From assembly GCA_043801585.1 (NCBI GenBank), contig JAZDLX010000146.1:1-36100 (forward strand): a stretch of 36,100 nt of DNA, read 5' to 3'. A program made the position numbers and the translations under genes. Below are positions 33,385 through 36,100 of the stretch, in pieces. A model generated the notes under the pieces. The model saw only the letters and a program-made list of their open reading frames with translations, searched no databases and was not told the origin of the DNA. Source of the stretch: a bacterium (GTDB lineage: Bacteria; Electryoneota; Electryoneia; Electryoneales; Electryoneaceae). The first letter of the stretch is position 1. Every line of letters begins with the position of its first letter.

Positions 33385-34698
33385 CTAAATCTCAAACATC
33401 ATCCGTTCGGGATTCTCGATGCACTCGATGATTCGTTTCAGGAAGGTCACCGACTCCGCGCCGTCGATGACACGGTGGTCGTAGCTCACCGCGAGGTACA
33501 TCATCTGCCGGATCTCGAGATCGTCCACCCCGTCCCTCTCAACCACCACCGGACGTTTCTTGATTGCATGCATCCCGAGGATCGCGCTCTGCGGGGAATT
33601 AAGGATCGGCGTCGAGAGCATGCTGCCGAAGACGCCGCCGTTGGTGATGGTGAAGACACCGCCTTGCAGTTCGTCGAGGGTGATCCTGCCCTCACGCGCC
33701 CGGTTGGCGAAATCGGCAATTGCCAATTCGACCTCGGCGAAACTGAGTTTGTCAGCGTCACGGATCACCGGCACCATTAATCCGCGCTCGGTGCTCACCG
33801 CGATGCCGATGTCGTAATAATGGTTCTCGATCAGATCGTCGCCGTCGATCTGCCGGTTCACCGCCGGGACGGTTTTCAACGCGTCGACCACGGCCTTGAC
33901 GAAGAAACTCATTATCCCGAGCTTGATGCCGTATTTCTTCGCGAAAGCGTCCTTGTACTGAGTCCGCAGCTCCATCAATCGCGTCATGTCCACCTCGTTG
34001 AAGGTGGTCAGCATCGCGGTTTCCTGTTTCGCGGCGAGCAGACGCTGGGCGATGCGCTTCCGTATCTGGGACATCGGCTTGCGAGTCTGGCGCTCGGAAG
34101 GATCGCGGGGGGTTGCCGGTTTTGGTGGAGGTGCTGCGACGGGTTTCGTTTCCGCTTTTTGGGGAGCTGCGGGTGGAGCGGGTTTCTGCACGTCCTTCAC
34201 GGCTTTGGCCACTGGTATGGCTTTCGCGGAGCCACCTTCCACAACGCGCAGCACATCTTCCTTGGTCAGGCGTCCGCCACGGCCCGTCCCCGTGATCGCC
34301 GCTGGATCCAAATGGTGTTCCTCGACGAGACGCCGCACCGCAGGGGCGAGTCCTTCAAGGGCATCCGCAGTGGTTGCGGGTTTCGTCGCCTCCACGGTTT
34401 CAGCCTTTGAAGCTTTCGCAGGTTTCTCCTGCTTCACCTCTCCGGCGCCGTTTCCACCCTTCGCGTCGGGGTCCAGCGTGCCAACGACCTGTCCGATCCG
34501 GACCTTGGTGTCCGGCTGGACCAGGATGGCGATCCGTCCCGCCTGTTCGGCCTGCACCGTCATTGTAATTTTATCGGTCTCAAGCTCAAACAGAGCCTGC
34601 TCGGTTTCCACGTAGTCGCCGTCGTTGACATGCCATTCGACGAGGACACCCTCGGTGATCGATTCGCCGACCTGCGGCACCTTGATCTCGACCTTCAT
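33385..34698 (-). CDS. sucB: 2-oxoglutarate dehydrogenase E2 (dihydrolipoyl succinyltransferase)
   Basis: VPQVGESITEG, ELETDK (lipoyl Lys), GTGRGGRLTKED, AMLTTFNEVDM, SYDHRVIDG. ATG at 34698. Confidence 0.96.
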   Translation of the reverse strand: MKVEIKVPQVGESITEGVLVEWHVNDGDYVETEQALFELETDKITMTVQAEQAGRIAILVQPDTKVRIGQVVGTLDPDAKGGNGAGEVKQEKPAKASKAETVEATKPATTADALEGLAPAVRRLVEEHHLDPAAITGTGRGGRLTKEDVLRVVEGGSAKAIPVAKAVKDVQKPAPPAAPQKAETKPVAAPPPKPATPRDPSERQTRKPMSQIRKRIAQRLLAAKQETAMLTTFNEVDMTRLMELRTQYKDAFAKKYGIKLGIMSFFVKAVVDALKTVPAVNRQIDGDDLIENHYYDIGIAVSTERGLMVPVIRDADKLSFAEVELAIADFANRAREGRITLDELQGGVFTITNGGVFGSMLSTPILNSPQSAILGMHAIKKRPVVVERDGVDDLEIRQMMYLAVSYDHRVIDGAESVTFLKRIIECIENPERMMFEI

Positions 34699-34851
34699 CC
34701 TGTCACTCCCCCGAAGACTATATTCCGAAACTCGATCCTGAACCGCAGCACCGTAGGGGCAAGCACGCAGCACGAAGCATATGCAACGGTCGGGTCACCC
34801 TCTTGGTGGTCGATTCACCTATCTACGGCACTTTGATTTCTGCTTTCATGA

Positions 34852-35904
34852 TCACTCATCGTCTTTCTTAATAGTCTTCAAGTGGAGTTTATTAATAAAC
34901 AAATCAAATTGATTCATTATGTCTATCAGCAAATGCTTTTTCATAAAAACGATGTTCTCTACTTTACCGTCAAATTCACCAATAACAGTAACAGTTGGGT
35001 TTACATGAATTATTTTATGACGATGCTCGACACAACTCTTAATTTTGCTTAATAAACTGTTATCTATGCCTAGTCCTCCAAATTTTATACCATATGATTT
35101 ATTATAAACACGTTTAGTTAACTCCCAACTTTGAAACTCTATCTTTCTTTTCTCTATAAGCTTTTCAACAATACTAACATTATCATTTTCTGCATCTTCT
35201 CTTATATCAATATCATACTTATTCTCCTTTTCTCTTTGTGATAAAATAACCGAGAAGAGATTTTCATAATCAAATTCTATTAATTTTTCATAATACATCT
35301 CGATAAAACGAGTTCTAAGATATGCTTCATATCCCGTAACAATCATTACTAGACACATATTAGAAAGCAATACTTCCTTGTGATAGTCATTTTCCTCAAT
35401 ATAACTAAGAATATCTTGAACCGCACGCTTCATATTTTCCCATTTTTCTAAAGCATAGGGTTCAATTACTACTTGTCCCGGTGTCTCAAAAGAGTAATCC
35501 CAGGACTTTACACCTTCATCGCCAAATTGGATTATATGATTTCTATCAATCCCACGAATCTGGTAGTTTACTTTCTGTCCCTTAATATTAATTGGTTTTT
35601 CACCAGGACGACCGAAATAAAGCACGATTCCATCTTTGTACCAAACTAAAGTGATTATCACTTCCTCACAATCCACATATGCATCAATATCAATCGATGC
35701 TCTGTAAGTTGCAGATAATATTGAATTAGAAAATTCGTAGATTATCGATCGTCCATTATATTTCAATCTAAGGACATTGGGTCTATCAAATATTTGAAAG
35801 AAGATAAAAGGATCGGTAAAAAGCTGCTCTCCACTTATTCTTTTCTTATAGTGAAAAGAAAAAGTACCTGCAGGGTGATTTATAGGCGCATCAATTTCAA
35901 CCAT
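34852..35904 (-). CDS. AT-rich hypothetical protein with a putative C-terminal HEPN domain
   Basis: Intact 350-aa ORF with a GAGGGGG RBS; VTGYEAYL helix and RHKIIH (RxxxxH); much lower GC than the flanks. Confidence 0.7.
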   Translation of the reverse strand: MVEIDAPINHPAGTFSFHYKKRISGEQLFTDPFIFFQIFDRPNVLRLKYNGRSIIYEFSNSILSATYRASIDIDAYVDCEEVIITLVWYKDGIVLYFGRPGEKPINIKGQKVNYQIRGIDRNHIIQFGDEGVKSWDYSFETPGQVVIEPYALEKWENMKRAVQDILSYIEENDYHKEVLLSNMCLVMIVTGYEAYLRTRFIEMYYEKLIEFDYENLFSVILSQREKENKYDIDIREDAENDNVSIVEKLIEKRKIEFQSWELTKRVYNKSYGIKFGGLGIDNSLLSKIKSCVEHRHKIIHVNPTVTVIGEFDGKVENIVFMKKHLLIDIMNQFDLFINKLHLKTIKKDDE

Positions 35905-35918
35905 ATCCCCCTCATAGT

Positions 35919-36100
35919 TTACGCAGCGCTTGACTTTTTCTTCTTTCGCACTTCGCCTGCCATCGCCTCCGGCAGGATCGGATGATCGACCGTCGAGGGC
36001 TTGCCCGTCATCGCCTCCGTGGCCAGAACCTCCTGTTCCTCACGGTGGCGTTTCAGCGAACCTGTGGCCGGACTCGCAGCGTAGCCTCGTCCTACATATC
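35919..36100 (-). CDS. sucA: 2-oxoglutarate dehydrogenase E1, C-terminal end (partial)
   Basis: Not in the ORF track; hand translation YVGRGYAASPATGSLKRHREEQEVL...KKKKSSAA* matches the SucA C-terminus, and it lies upstream of sucB. Confidence 0.9.
   Translation of the reverse strand, partial: YVGRGYAASPATGSLKRHREEQEVLATEAMTGKPSTVDHPILPEAMAGEVRKKKKSSAA

Noticed and set aside
34699..34773. N-terminal extension of sucB in the ORF track
   Set aside because: It overlaps a REP-like remnant; the lipoyl domain starts at MKVEIKV (34698) after a GGGGAG RBS.

Overview
GC-rich bacterial chromosomal window made mostly of housekeeping genes. These include a partial MATE transporter, spmA/spmB, thiamine diphosphokinase, a CDP-alcohol phosphotransferase/NTP-transferase/EamA trio, HU, HIT, rpsU, YqeY, CvpA, MerR, PTS-IIA, Hsp15, a TetR-TolC-HlyD-ABC (YbhGFSR-like) efflux operon, hemW, class I and class II fructose-bisphosphate aldolases, ribokinase and sucA(partial)-sucB-lpdA. 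Five elements stand out. (1) A five-gene minus-strand operon of four divergent roadblock/LC7 (MglB-like) proteins plus an MglA homologue with degenerate catalytic motifs, a long acidic tail and a C-terminal amphipathic helix. (2) A tightly coupled minus-strand cluster of unknown genes upstream of hemW, several ending in a shared G/S-x-x-[VL]-[DN]-x-Y-[AL]-COOH motif, behind a sigma54-like promoter. (3) A RAYT transposase boxed by non-GTAG 25-bp palindromes. (4) An AT-rich gene with a HEPN-like RxxxxH motif inserted between sucA and sucB. (5) Several distinct families of palindromic repeats in intergenic regions. No rRNA, tRNA or CRISPR array was recognised. All calls come from motif recognition by eye; no database search was run.
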